Shown here one piece after another: positions 50,548 through 64,000 of a stretch of DNA of 64,000 nucleotides. The stretch spans positions 22,692,001 to 22,756,000 of the forward strand of contig OZ059895.1 of NCBI GenBank assembly GCA_964057225.1, in the 5' to 3' direction. The translations under genes were made by a program, and so were the position numbers. The stretch comes from Auanema rhodensis (taxonomy: Eukaryota; Animalia; Nematoda). Every line of letters starts with the position of its first letter. The first letter of the stretch is position 1. The notes under the pieces are model-generated. The model was not told the origin of the DNA, made no database searches, and saw nothing but the letters and a program-made list of their open reading frames with translations.

Positions 50548-53500
50548 ATATCCTCGATTTTCACCCTGAAGAATTAATTTTTTCGTTGAATAACAATGTC
50601 CATCGTCTTTGCCTTGAAAAAAGGAATCTAAAAACATCTACTTTTTGCTAAATTATTTTGAAATTTTTCGAAAAAATTTTTGTCAAAATGTTTTTGGAAG
50701 CAATGTTGAGTGTACATGGAAACTCAACATACACTAATGCATCATTTTTCAAACGATCATAACTAATTTTTGTATTAAGCGTTTCTCAATGTAGTATAGT
50801 GCATTCGATGCGGATTTTTAAGCTGCGTCGATCTGTGTTATCAGATTTGCGCTAGCTTAAAAATGCACCGAGATATCAACTGATATATGTTCACACTTAT
50901 ATCCTCGATTTTCACCCTGAAGAATTAATTTTTTCGTTGAATAACAATGTCCATCGTCTTTGCCTTGAAAAAAGGAATCTAAAAACATCTACTTTTTGCT
51001 AAATTATTTTGAAATTTTTCGAAAAAATTTTTGTCAAAATGTTTTTGGAAGCAATGTTGAGTGTACATGGAAACTCAACATACACTAATGCATCATTTTT
51101 CAAACGATCATAACTAATTTTTGTATTAAGCGTTTCTCAATGTAGTATAGTGCATTCGATGCGGATTTTTAAGCTGCGTCGATCTGTGTTATCAGATTTG
51201 CGCTAGCTTAAAAATGCACCGAGATATCAACTGATATATGTTCACACTTATATCCTCGATTTTCACCCTGAAGAATTAATTTTTTCGTTGAATAACAATG
51301 TCCATCGTCTTTGCCTTGAAAAAAGGAATCTAAAAACATCTACTTTTTGCTAAATTATTTTGAAATTTTTCGAAAAAATTTTTGTCAAAATGTTTTTGGA
51401 AGCAATGTTGAGTGTACATGGAAACTCAACATACACTAATGCATCATTTTTCAAACGATCATAACTAATTTTTGTATTAAGCGTTTCTCAATGTAGTATA
51501 GTGCATTCGATGCGGATTTTTAAGCTGCGTCGATCTGTTTTATCAGATTTGCGCTAGCTTAAAAATGCACCGAGATATCAACTGATATAAGTTCACACTT
51601 ATATCCTCGATTTTCACCCTGAAGAATTAATTTTTTCGTTGAATAACAATGTCCATCGTCTTTGCCTTGAAAAAAGAAATCTAAAAACATCTACTTTTTG
51701 CTAAATTATTTTGAAATTTTTCGAAAAAATTTTTGTCAAAATGTTTTTGGAAGCAATGTTGAGTGTACATGGAAACTCAACATACACTAATGCATCATTT
51801 TTCAAACGATCATAACTAATTTTTGTATTAAGCGTTTCTCAATGTAGTATAGTGCATTCGATGCGGATTTTTAAGCTGCGTCGATCTGTGTTATCAGATT
51901 TGCGCTAGCTTAAAAATGCACCGAGATATCAACTGATATATGTTCACACTTATATCCTCGATTTTCACCCTGAAGAATTAATTTTTTCGTTGAATAACAA
52001 TGTCCATCGTCTTTGCCTTGAAAAAAGGAATCTAAAAACATCTACTTTTTGCTAAATTATTTTGAAATTTTTCGAAAAAATTTTTGTCAAAATGTTTTTG
52101 GAAGCAATGTTGAGTGTACATGGAAACTCAACATACACTAATGCATCATTTTTCAAACGATCATAACTAATTTTTGTATTAAGCGTTTCTCAATGTAGTA
52201 TAGTGCATTCGATGCGGATTTTTAAGCTGCGTCGATCTGTGTTATCAGATTTGCGCTAGCTTAAAAATGCACCGAGATATCAACTGATATATGTTCACAC
52301 TTATATCCTCGATTTTCACCCTGAAGAATTAATTTTTTCGTTGAATAACAATGTCCATCGTCTTTGCCTTGAAAAAAGGAATCTAAAAACATCTACTTTT
52401 TGCTAAATTATCTTGAAATTTTTCGAAAAAATTTTTGTCAAAATGTTTTTGGAAGCAATGTTGAGTGTACATGGAAACTCAACATACACTAATGCATCAT
52501 TTTTCAAACGATCATAACTAATTTTTGTATTAAGCGTTTCTCAATGTAGTATAGTGCATTCGATGCGGATTTTTAAGCTGCGTCGATCTGTGTTATCAGA
52601 TTTGCGCTAGCTTAAAAATGCACCGAGATATCAACTGATATAAGTTCACACTTATATCCTCGATTTTCACCCTGAAGAATTAATTTTTTCGTTGAATAAC
52701 ATCGTCCATCGTCTTTGCCTTAAAAAAAGGAATCTAAAAACATCTACTTTTTGCTAAATTATCTTGAAATTTTTTGAAAAAATTTTTGTCAAAATGTTTT
52801 TGGAAGCAATGTTGAGTGTACATGGAAACTCAACATACACTAATGCATCATTTTTCAAACGATCATAACTAATTTTTGTATTGAGCGTTTCTCAATGTAG
52901 TATTGTGCATTCGATGCGGATTTTTAAGCTGCGTCGATCTGTGTTATCAGATTTGCGCTAGCTTAAAAATGCACCGAGATATCAACAGATATATGTTCAC
53001 ACTTATATCCTCGATTTTCACCCTGAAGAATTAATTTTTTCGTTGAATAACAATGTCCATCGTCTTTGCCTTGAAAAAAGGAATCTAAAAACATCTACTT
53101 TTTGCTAAATTATTTTGAAATTTTTCGAAAAAATTTTTGTCAAAATGTTTTTGGAAGCAATGTTGAGTGTACATGGAAACTCAACATACACTAATGCATC
53201 ATTTTTCAAACGATCATAACTAATTTTTGTATTAAGCGTTTCTCAATGTAGTATAGTGCATTCGATGCGGATTTTTAAGCTGCGTCGATCTGTGTTATCA
53301 GATTTGCGCTAGCTTAAAAATGCACCGAGATATCAACTGATATATGTTCACACTTATTTCCTCGATTTTCACCCTGAAGAATTAATTTTTTCGTTGAATA
53401 ACAATGTCCATCGTCTTTGCCTTGAAAAAAGGAATCTAAAAACATCTACTTTTTGCTAAATTATTTTGAAATTTTTCGAAAAAATTTTTGTCAAAATGTT

Positions 53501-56500
53501 TTTGGAAGCAATGTTGAGTGTACATGGAAACTCAACATACACTAATGCATCATTTTTCAAACGATCATAACTAATTTTTGTATTAAGCGTTTCTCAATGT
53601 AGTATAGTGCATTCGATGCGGATTTTTAAGCTGCGTCGATCTGTGTTATCAGATTTGCGCTAGCTTAAAAATGCACCGAGATATCAACTGATATAAGTTC
53701 ACACTTATATCCTCGATTTTCACCCTGAAGAATTAATTTTTTCGTTGAATAACATCGTCCATCGTCTTTGCCTTAAAAAAAGGAATCTAAAAACATCTAC
53801 TTTTTGCTAAATTATCTTGAAATTTTTTGAAAAAATTTTTGTCAAAATGTTTTTGGAAGCAATGTTGAGTGTACATGGAAACTCAACATACACTAATGCA
53901 TCATTTTTCAAACGATCATAACTAATTTTTGTATTGAGCGTTTCTCAATGTAGTATAGTGCATTCGATGCGGATTTTTAAGCTGCGTCGATCTGTGTTAT
54001 CAGATTTGCGCTAGCTTAAAAATGCACCGAGATATCAACTGATATAAGTTCACACTTAGATCCTCGATTTTCACCCTGAAGAATTAATTTTTTCGTTGAA
54101 TAACAATGTCCATCGTCTTTGCCTTGAAAAAACAAATCTAAAAACATCTACTTTTTGCTAAATTATTTTGAAATTTTTCGAAAAAATTTTTGTCAAAATG
54201 TTTTTGGAAGCAATGTTGAGTGTACATGGAAACTCAACATACACTAATGCATCATTTTTCAAACGATCATAACTAATTTTTGTATTAAGCGTTTCTCAAT
54301 GTAGTATAGTGCATTCGATGCGGATTTTTAAGCTGCGTCGTTCTGTGTTATCAGATTTGCGCTAGCTTAAAAATGCACCGAGATATCAACTGATATAAGT
54401 TCACACTTATATCCTCGATTTTCACCCTGAAGAATTAATTTTTTCGTTGAATAACAATGTCCATCGTCTTTGCCTTGAAAAAAGAAATCTAAAAACATCT
54501 ACTTTTTGCTAAATTATTTTGAAATTTTTCGAAAAAATTTTTGTCAAAATGTTTTTAGAAGCAATGTTGAGTGTACATAGAAACTCAACATACACTAATG
54601 CATCATTTTTCAAACGATCATAACTAATTTTTGTATTAAGCGTTTCTCAATGTAGTATAGTGCATTCGATGCGGATTTTTAAGCTGCAATGATCTGTGTT
54701 ATCAGATTTGCGCTAGCTTAAAAATGCACCGAGATATCAACTGATATAAGTTCACACTTATATCCTCGATTTTCACCCTGAAGAATTAATTTTTTCGTTG
54801 AATAACAATGTCCATCGTCTTTGCCTTGAAAAAAGAAATCTAAAAACATCTACTTTTTGCTAAATTATTTTGAAATTTTTCGAAAAAATTTTTGTCAAAA
54901 TGTTTTTGGAAGCAATGTTGAGTGTACATGGAAACTCAACATACACTAATGCATCATTTTTCAAACAATCATAACTAATTTTTGTATTAAGCGTTTCTCA
55001 ATGTAGTATAGTGCATTCGATGCGGATTTTTAAGCTGCGTCGATCTGTGTTATCAGATTTGCGCTAGCTTAAAAATGCACCGAGATATCAACTGATATAA
55101 GTTCACACTTATATCCTCGATTTTCACCCTGAAGAATTAATTTTTTCGTTGAATAACAATGTCCATCGTCTTTGCCTTGAAAAAAGAAATCTAAAAACAT
55201 CTACTTTTTGCTAAATTATTTTGAAATTTTTCGAAAAAATTTTTGTCAAAATGTTTTTGGAAGCAATGTTGAGTGTACATGGAAACTCAACATACACTAA
55301 TGCATCATTTTTCAAACGATCATAACTAATTTTTGTATTAGCGCGTTTCTCAATGTAGTATTGTGCATTCGATGCGGATTTTTAAGCTGCGTCGATCTGT
55401 GTTATCAGATTTGCGCTAGCTTAAAAATGCACCGAGATATCAACAGATATATGTTCACACTTATATCCTCGATTTTCACCCTGAAGAATTAATTTTTTCG
55501 TTGAATAACAATGTCCATCGTCTTTGCCTTGAAAAAAGGAATCTAAAAACATCTACTTTTTGCTAAATTATTTTGAAATTTTTCGAAAAAATTTTTGTCA
55601 AAATGTTTTTGGAAGCAATGTTGAGTGTACATGGAAACTCAACATACACTAATGCATCATTTTTCAAACGATCATAACTAATTTTTGTATTAAGCGTTTC
55701 TCAATGTAGTATAGTGCATTCGATGCGGATTTTTAAGCTGCGTCGATCTGTGTTATCAGATTTGCGCTAGCTTAAAAATGCACCGAGATATCAACTGATA
55801 TATGTTCACACTTATATCCTCGATTTTCACCCTGAAAAATTAATTTTTTCGTTGAATAACAATGTCCATCGTCTTTGCCTTGAAAAAAGGAATCTAAAAA
55901 CATCTACTTTTTGCTAAATTATTTTGAAATTTTTCGAAAAAATTTTTGTCAAAATGTTTTTGGAAGCAATGTTGAGTGTACATGGAAACTCAACATACAC
56001 TAATGCATCATTTTTCAAACGATCATAACTAATTTTTGTATTAAGCGTTTCTCAATGTAGTATAGTGCATTCGATGCGGATTTTTAAGCTGCGTCGATCT
56101 GTGTTATCAGATTTGCGCTAGCTTAAAAATGCACCGAGATATCAACTGATATAAGTTCACACTTATATCCTCGATTTTCACCCTGAAGAATTAATTTTTT
56201 CGTTGAATAACATCGTCCATCGTCTTTGCCTTAAAAAAAGGAATCTAAAAACATCTACTTTTTGCTAAATTATCTTGAAATTTTTTGAAAAAATTTTTGT
56301 CAAAATGTTTTTGGAAGCAATGTTGAGTGTACATGGAAACTCAACATACACTAATGCATCATTTTTCAAACGATCATAACTAATTTTTGTATTGAGCGTT
56401 TCTCAATGTAGTATTGTGCATTCGATGCGGATTTTTAAGCTGCGTCGATCTGTGTTATCAGATTTGCGCTAGCTTAAAAATGCACCGAGATATCAACAGA

Positions 56501-59500
56501 TATATGTTCACACTTATATCCTCGATTTTCACCCTGAAGAATTAATTTTTTCGTTGAATAACAATGTCCATCGTCTTTGCCTTGAAAAAAGGAATCTAAA
56601 AACATCTACTTTTTGCTAAATTATTTTGAAATTTTTCGAAAAAATTTTTGTCAAAATGTTTTTGGAAGCAATGTTGAGTGTACATGGAAACTCAACATAC
56701 ACTAATGCATCATTTTTCAAACGATCATAACTAATTTTTGTATTAAGCGTTTCTCAATGTAGTATAGTGCATTCGATGCGGATTTTTAAGCTGCGTCGAT
56801 CTGTGTTATCAGATTTGCGCTAGCTTAAAAATGCACCGAGATATCAACTGATATATGTTCACACTTATATCCTCGATTTTCACCCTGAAGAATTAATTTT
56901 TTCGTTGAATAACAATGTCCATCGTCTTTGCCTTGAAAAAAGGAATCTAAAAACATCTACTTTTTGCTAAATTATTTTGAAATTTTTCGAAAAAATTTTT
57001 GTCAAAATGTTTTTGGAAGCAATGTTGAGTGTACATGGAAACTCAACATACACTAATGCATCATTTTTCAAACGATCATAACTAATTTTTGTATTAAGCG
57101 TTTCTCAATGTAGTATAGTGCATTCGATGCGGATTTTTAAGCTGCGTCGATCTGTGTTATCAGATTTGCGCTAGCTTAAAAATGCACCGAGATATCAACT
57201 GATATAAGTTCACACTTATATCCTCGATTTTCACCCTGAAGAATTAATTTTTTCGTTGAATAACATCGTCCATCGTCTTTGCCTTAAAAAAAGGAATCTA
57301 AAAACATCTACTTTTTGCTAAATTATCTTGAAATTTTTTGAAAAAATTTTTGTCAAAATGTTTTTGGAAGCAATGTTGAGTGTACATGGAAACTCAACAT
57401 ACACTAATGCATCATTTTTCAAACGATCATAACTAATTTTTGTATTGAGCGTTTCTCAATGTAGTATAGTGCATTCGATGCGGATTTTTAAGCTGCGTCG
57501 ATCTGTGTTATCAGATTTGCGCTAGCTTAAAAATGCACCGAGATATCAACTGATATAAGTTCACACTTAGATCCTCGATTTTCACCCTGAAGAATTAATT
57601 TTTTCGTTGAATAACAATGTCCATCGTCTTTGCCTTGAAAAAACAAATCTAAAAACATCTACTTTTTGCTAAATTATTTTGAAATTTTTCGAAAAAATTT
57701 TTGTCAAAATGTTTTTGGAAGCAATGTTGAGTGTACATGGAAACTCAACATACACTAATGCATCATTTTTCAAACGATCATAACTAATTTTTGTATTAAG
57801 CGTTTCTCAATGTAGTATAGTGCATTCGATGCGGATTTTTAAGCTGCGTCGATCTGTTTTATCAGATTTGCGCTAGCTTAAAAATGCACCGAGATATCAA
57901 CTGATATAAGTTCACACTTATATCCTCGATTTTCACCCTGAAGAATTAATTTTTTCGTTGAATAACAATGTCCATCGTCTTTGCCTTGAAAAAAGGAATC
58001 TAAAAACATCTACTTTTTGCTAAATTATCTTGAAATTTTTCGAAAAAATTTTTGTCAAAATGTTTTTGGAAGCAATGTTGAGTGTACATGGAAACTCAAC
58101 ATACACTAATGCATCATTTTTCAAACGATCATAACTAATTTTTGTATTAAGCGTTTCTCAATGTAGTATAGTGCATTCGATGCGGATTTTTAAGCTGCGT
58201 CGATCTGTGTTATCAGATTTGCGCTAGCTTAAAAATGCACCGAGATATCAACTGATATATGTTCACACTTATATCCTCGATTTTCACCCTGAAGAATTAA
58301 TTTTTTCGTTGAATAACAATGTCCATCGTCTTTGCCTTGAAAAAAGGAATCTAAAAACATCTACTTTTTGCTAAATTATTTTGAAATTTTTCGAAAAAAT
58401 TTTTGTCAAAATGTTTTTGGAAGCAATGTTGAGTGTACATGGAAACTCAACATACACTAATGCATCATTTTTCAAACGATCATAACTAATTTTTGTATTA
58501 AGCGTTTCTCAATGTAGTATAGTGCATTCGATGCGGATTTTTAAGCTGCGTCGATCTGTGTTATCAGATTTGCGCTAGCTTAAAAATGCACCGAGATATC
58601 AACTGATATATGTTCACACTTATATCCTCGATTTTCACCCTGAAGAATTAATTTTTTCGTTGAATAACAATGTCCATCGTCTTTGCCTTGAAAAAAGGAA
58701 TCTAAAAACATCTACTTTTTGCTAAATTATTTTGAAATTTTTCGAAAAAATTTTTGTCAAAATGTTTTTGGAAGCAATGTTGAGTGTACATGGAAACTCA
58801 ACATACACTAATGCATCATTTTTCAAACGATCATAACTAATTTTTGTATTAAGCGTTTCTCAATGTAGTATAGTGCATTCGATGCGGATTTTTAAGCTGC
58901 GTCGTTCTGTGTTATCAGATTTGCGCTAGCTTAAAAATGCACCGAGATATCAACTGATATAAGTTCACACTTATATCCTCGATTTTCACCCTGAAGAATT
59001 AATTTTTTCGTTGAATAACAATGTCCATCGTCTTTGCCTTGAAAAAAGAAATCTAAAAACATCTACTTTTTGCTAAATTATTTTGAAATTTTTCGAAAAA
59101 ATTTTTGTCAAAATGTTTTTAGAAGCAATGTTGAGTGTACATAGAAACTCAACATACACTAATGCATCATTTTTCAAACGATCATAACTAATTTTTGTAT
59201 TAAGCGTTTCTCAATGTAGTATAGTGCATTCGATGCGGATTTTTAAGCTGCAATGATCTGTGTTATCAGATTTGCGCTAGCTTAAAAATGCACCGAGATA
59301 TCAACTGATATAAGTTCACACTTATATCCTCGATTTTCACCCTGAAGAATTAATTTTTTCGTTGAATAACAATGTCCATCGTCTTTGCCTTGAAAAAAGA
59401 AATCTAAAAACATCTACTTTTTGCTAAATTATTTTGAAATTTTTCGAAAAAATTTTTGTCAAAATGTTTTTGGAAGCAATGTTGAGTGTACATGGAAACT

Positions 59501-62500
59501 CAACATACACTAATGCATCATTTTTCAAACAATCATAACTAATTTTTGTATTAAGCGTTTCTCAATGTAGTATAGTGCATTCGATGCGGATTTTTAAGCT
59601 GCGTCGATCTGTGTTATCAGATTTGCGCTAGCTTAAAAATGCACCGAGATATCAACTGATATAAGTTCACACTTATATCCTCGATTTTCACCCTGAAGAA
59701 TTAATTTTTTCGTTGAATAACAATGTCCATCGTCTTTGCCTTGAAAAAAGAAATCTAAAAACATCTACTTTTTGCTAAATTATTTTGAAATTTTTCGAAA
59801 AAATTTTTGTCAAAATGTTTTTGGAAGCAATGTTGAGTGTACATGGAAACTCAACATACACTAATGCATCATTTTTCAAACAATCATAACTAATTTTTGT
59901 ATTAAGCGTTTCTCAATGTAGTATAGTGCATTCGATGCAGATTTTTAAGCTGCGTCGATCTGTGTTATCAGATTTGCGCTAGCTTAAAAATGCACCGAGA
60001 TATCAACTGATATATGTTCACACTTATATCCTCGATTTTCACCCTGAAGAATTAATTTTTTCGTTGAATAACAATGTCCATCGTCTTTGCCTTGAAAAAA
60101 GGAATCTAAAAACATCTACTTTTTGCTAAATTATTTTGAAATTTTTCGAAAAAATTTTTGTCAAAATGTTTTTGGAAGCAATGTTGAGTGTACATGGAAA
60201 CTCAACATACACTAATGCATCATTTTTCAAACGATCATAACTAATTTTTGTATTAAGCGTTTCTCAATGTAGTATAGTGCATTCGATGCGGATTTTTAAG
60301 CTGCGTCGATCTGTGTTATCAGATTTGCGCTAGCTTAAAAATGCACCGAGATATCAACTGATATATGTTCACACTTATATCCTCGATTTTCACCCTGAAG
60401 AATTAATTTTTTCGTTGAATAACAATGTTCATCGTCTTTGCCTTGAAAAAAGGAATCTAAAAACATCTACTTTTTGCTAAATTATTTTGAAATTTTTCGA
60501 AAAAAGTTTTGTCAAAATGTTTTTGGAAGCAATGTTGAGTGTACATGGAAACTCAACATACACTAATGCATCATTTTTCAAACGATCATAACTAATTTTT
60601 GTATTAAGCGTTTCTCAATGTAGTATAGTGCATTCGATGCGGATTTTTAAGCTGCGTCGATCTGTGTTATCAGATGATTTGCGCTAGCTTAAAAATGCAC
60701 CGAGATATCAACTGATATAAGTTCACACTTATATCCTCGATTTTCACCCTGAAGAATTAATTTTTTCGTTGAATAACAATGTCCATCGTCTTTGCCTTGA
60801 AAAAAGAAATCTAAAAACATCTACTTTTTGCTAAATTATCTTGAAATTTTTCGAAAAAATTTTTGTCAAAATGTTTTTAGAAGCAATGTTGAGTGTACAT
60901 AGAAACTCAACATACACTAATGCATCATTTTTCAAACGATCATAACTAATTTTTGTATTAAGCGTTTCTCAATGTAGTATAGTGCATTCGATGCGGATTT
61001 TTAAGCTGCAATGATCTGTGTTATCAGATTTGCGCTAGCTTAAAAATGCACCGAGATATCAACTGATATAAGTTCACACTTATATCCTCGATTTTCACCC
61101 TGAAGAATTAATTTTTTCGTTGAATAACAATGTTCATCGTCTTTGCCTTGAAAAAAGGAATCTAAAAACATCTACTTTTTGCTAAATTATTTTGAAATTT
61201 TTCGAAAAAATTTTTGTCAAAATGTTTTTGGAAGCAATGTTGAGTGTACATGGAAACTCAACATACACTAATGCATCATTTTTCAAACGATCATAACTAA
61301 TTTTTGTATCAAGCGTTTCTCAATGTAGTATAGTGCATTCGATGCGGATTTTTAAGCTGCGTCAATCTGTGTTATCAGATTTGCGCTAGCTTAAAAATGC
61401 ACCGAGATATCAACTGATATAAGTTCACACTTATATCCTCGATTTTCACCCTGAAGAATTAATTTTTTCGTTGAATAACAATGTCCATCGTCTTTGCCTT
61501 GAAAAAAGAAATCTAAAAACATCTACTTTTTGCTAAATTATTTTGAAATTTTTCGAAAAAATTCTTGTCAAAATCTTTTTGGAAGCAATGTTGAGTGTAC
61601 ATGGAAACTCAACATACACTAATGCATCATTTTTCAAACGATCATAACTAATTTTTGTATTAAGCGTTTCTCAATGTAGTATAGTGCATTCGATGCGGAT
61701 TTTTAAGCTGCGTCGATCTGTGTTATCAGATTTGCGCTAGCTTAAAAATGCACCGAGATATCAACTGATATAAGTTCACACTTATATCCTCGATTTTCAC
61801 CCTGAAGAATTAATTTTTTCGTTGAATAACAATGTCCATCGTCTTTGCCTTGAAAAAAGAAATCTAAAAACATCTACTTTTTGCTAAATTATCTTGAAAT
61901 TTTTCGAAAAAATTTTTGTCAAAATGTTTTTGGAAGCAATGTTGAGTGTACATGGAAACTCAACATACACTAATGCATCATTTTTCGAACGATCATAACT
62001 AATTTTTGTATTAAGCGTTTCTCAATGTAGTATAGTGCATTCGATGCGGATTTTTAAGCTGCGTCGATCTGTGTTATCAGATTTGCGCTAGCTTAAAAAT
62101 GCACCGAGATATCAACTGATATATGTTCACACTTATATCCTCGATTTTCACCCTGAAGAATTAATTTTTTCGTTGAATAACAATGTTCATCGTCTTTGCC
62201 TTGAAAAAAGGAATCTAAAAACATCTACTTTTTGCTAAATTATTTTGAAATTTTTCGAAAAAATTTTTGTCAAAATGTTTTTGGAAGCAATGTTGAGTGT
62301 ACATGGAAACTCAACATACACTAATGCATCATTTTTCAAACGATCATAACTAATTTTTGTATTAAGCGTTTCTCAATGTAGTATAGTGCATTCGATGCGG
62401 ATTTTTAAGTTGCGTCGATCTGTGTTATCAGATTTGCGCTAGCTTAAAAATGCACCGAGATATCAACTGATATAAGTTCACACTTATATCCTCGATTTTC

Positions 62501-64000
62501 ACCCTGAAGAATTAATTTTTTCGTTGAATAACAATGTCCATCGTCTTTGCCTTGAAAAAAGAAATCTAAAAACATCTACTTTTTGCTAAATTATTTTGAA
62601 ATTTTTCGAAAAAATTTTTGTCAAAATGTTTTTGGAAGCAATGTTGAGTGTACATGGAAACTCAACATACACTAATGCATCATTTTTCAAACAATCATAA
62701 CTAATTTTTGTATTAAGCGTTTCTCAATGTAGTATAGTGCATTCGATGCAGATTTTTAAGCTGCGTCGATCTGTGTTATCAGATTTGCGCTAGCTTAAAA
62801 ATGCACCGAGATATCAACTGATATATGTTCACACTTATATCCTCGATTTTCACCCTGAAGAATTAATTTTTTCGTTGAATAACAATGTCCATCGTCTTTG
62901 CCTTGAAAAAAGGAATCTAAAAACATCTACTTTTTGCTAAATTATTTTGAAATTTTTCGAAAAAATTTTTGTCAAAATGTTTTTGGAAGCAATGTTGAGT
63001 GTACATGGAAACTCAACATACACTAATGCATCATTTTTCAAACGATCATAACTAATTTTTGTATTAAGCGTTTCTCAATGTAGTATAGTGCATTCGATGC
63101 GGATTTTTAAGCTGCGTCGATCTGTGTTATCAGATTTGCGCTAGCTTAAAAATGCACCGAGATATCAACTGATATATGTTCACACTTATATCCTCGATTT
63201 TCACCCTGAAGAATTAATTTTTTCGTTGAATAACAATGTCCATCGTCTTTGCCTTGAAAAAAGGAATCTAAAAACATCTACTTTTTGCTAAATTATTTTG
63301 AAATTTTTCGAAAAAATTTTTGTCAAAATGTTTTTGGAAGCAATGTTGAGTGTACATGGAAACTCAACATACACTAATGCATCATTTTTCAAACGATCAT
63401 AACTAATTTTTGTATTAAGCGTTTCTCAATGTAGTATAGTGCATTCGATGCGGATTTTTAAGCTGCGTCGATCTGTGTTATCAGATTTGCGCTAGCTTAA
63501 AAATGCACCGAGATATCAACTGATATATGTTCACACTTATATCCTCGATTTTCACCCTGAAGAATTAATTTTTTCGTTGAATAACAATGTTCATCGTCTT
63601 TGCCTTGAAAAAAGGAATCTAAAAACATCTACTTTTTGCTAAATTATTTTGAAATTTTTCGAAAAAATTTTTGTCAAAATGTTTTTGGAAGCAATGTTGA
63701 GTGTACATGGAAACTCAACATACACTAATGCATCATTTTTCAAACGATCATAACTAATTTTTGTATTAAGCGTTTCTCAATGTAGTATAGTGCATTCGAT
63801 GCGGATTTTTAAGCTGCGTCGATCTGTGTTATCAGATGATTTGCGCTAGCTTAAAAATGCACCGAGATATCAACTGATATAAGTTCACACTTATATCCTC
63901 GATTTTCACCCTGAAGAATTAATTTTTTCGTTGAATAACAATGTCCATCGTCTTTGCCTTGAAAAAAGAAATCTAAAAACATCTACTTTTTGCTAAATTA

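Larger units (their letters stand above)
1..64000. repeat. Tandem satellite DNA array, 351-bp AT-rich monomer, about 182.3 head-to-tail copies; continues past both window edges
   Basis: ATATCCTCGATTTTCACCC recurs at 1, 352, 703, 1054 ... 63893. 182x351=63882 plus net +10 bp from ten small indels puts the end of monomer 182 at 63892, matching the sequence. No unique sequence or orientation switch seen. Confidence 0.99.

Noticed and set aside
1-64000. CRISPR array or other repeat-spacer system
   Set aside because: The hairpins resemble CRISPR repeats superficially, but the sequence between them is the same in every unit. There are no unique spacers, leader or cas genes.
1-64000. Rolling-circle concatemer or pure assembly artefact
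   Set aside because: Structured, linked, position-restricted haplotypes and recombinants are not expected from amplification of one template or from random error, although exact local copy numbers still need read validation.

Overview
The whole 64,000-bp window is one uninterrupted head-to-tail satellite DNA array. It holds 182 complete monomers of 351 bp plus a 108-bp partial copy starting at 63893, all in the same orientation. The monomer is about 31-32% GC (hand count) and copies are roughly 97-100% identical to the consensus. I see no genes, RNA genes, transposon insertions, inversions or CRISPR spacers. The five 63-aa ORFs are by-products of a single satellite SNP that removes a TAG stop. 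The sequence looks like eukaryotic heterochromatic or (peri)centromeric satellite; the host and any centromere role are not provable from the window. The interesting structure is at two scales. (1) The monomer is largely built of serial and nested inverted repeats (monomer positions about 80-151, 156-183, 252-321, 326-356). (2) Diagnostic SNPs define monomer subtypes that form local higher-order repeats of 3, 4, 5, 6 and 7 monomers, long-range duplicated blocks, recombinant monomers, and an apparent ancestral cycle of about 8 subtypes. Variant calls were made by eye, so a few singletons may have been missed. Monomer phase is arbitrary (position 1 = ATATCCTCGA).
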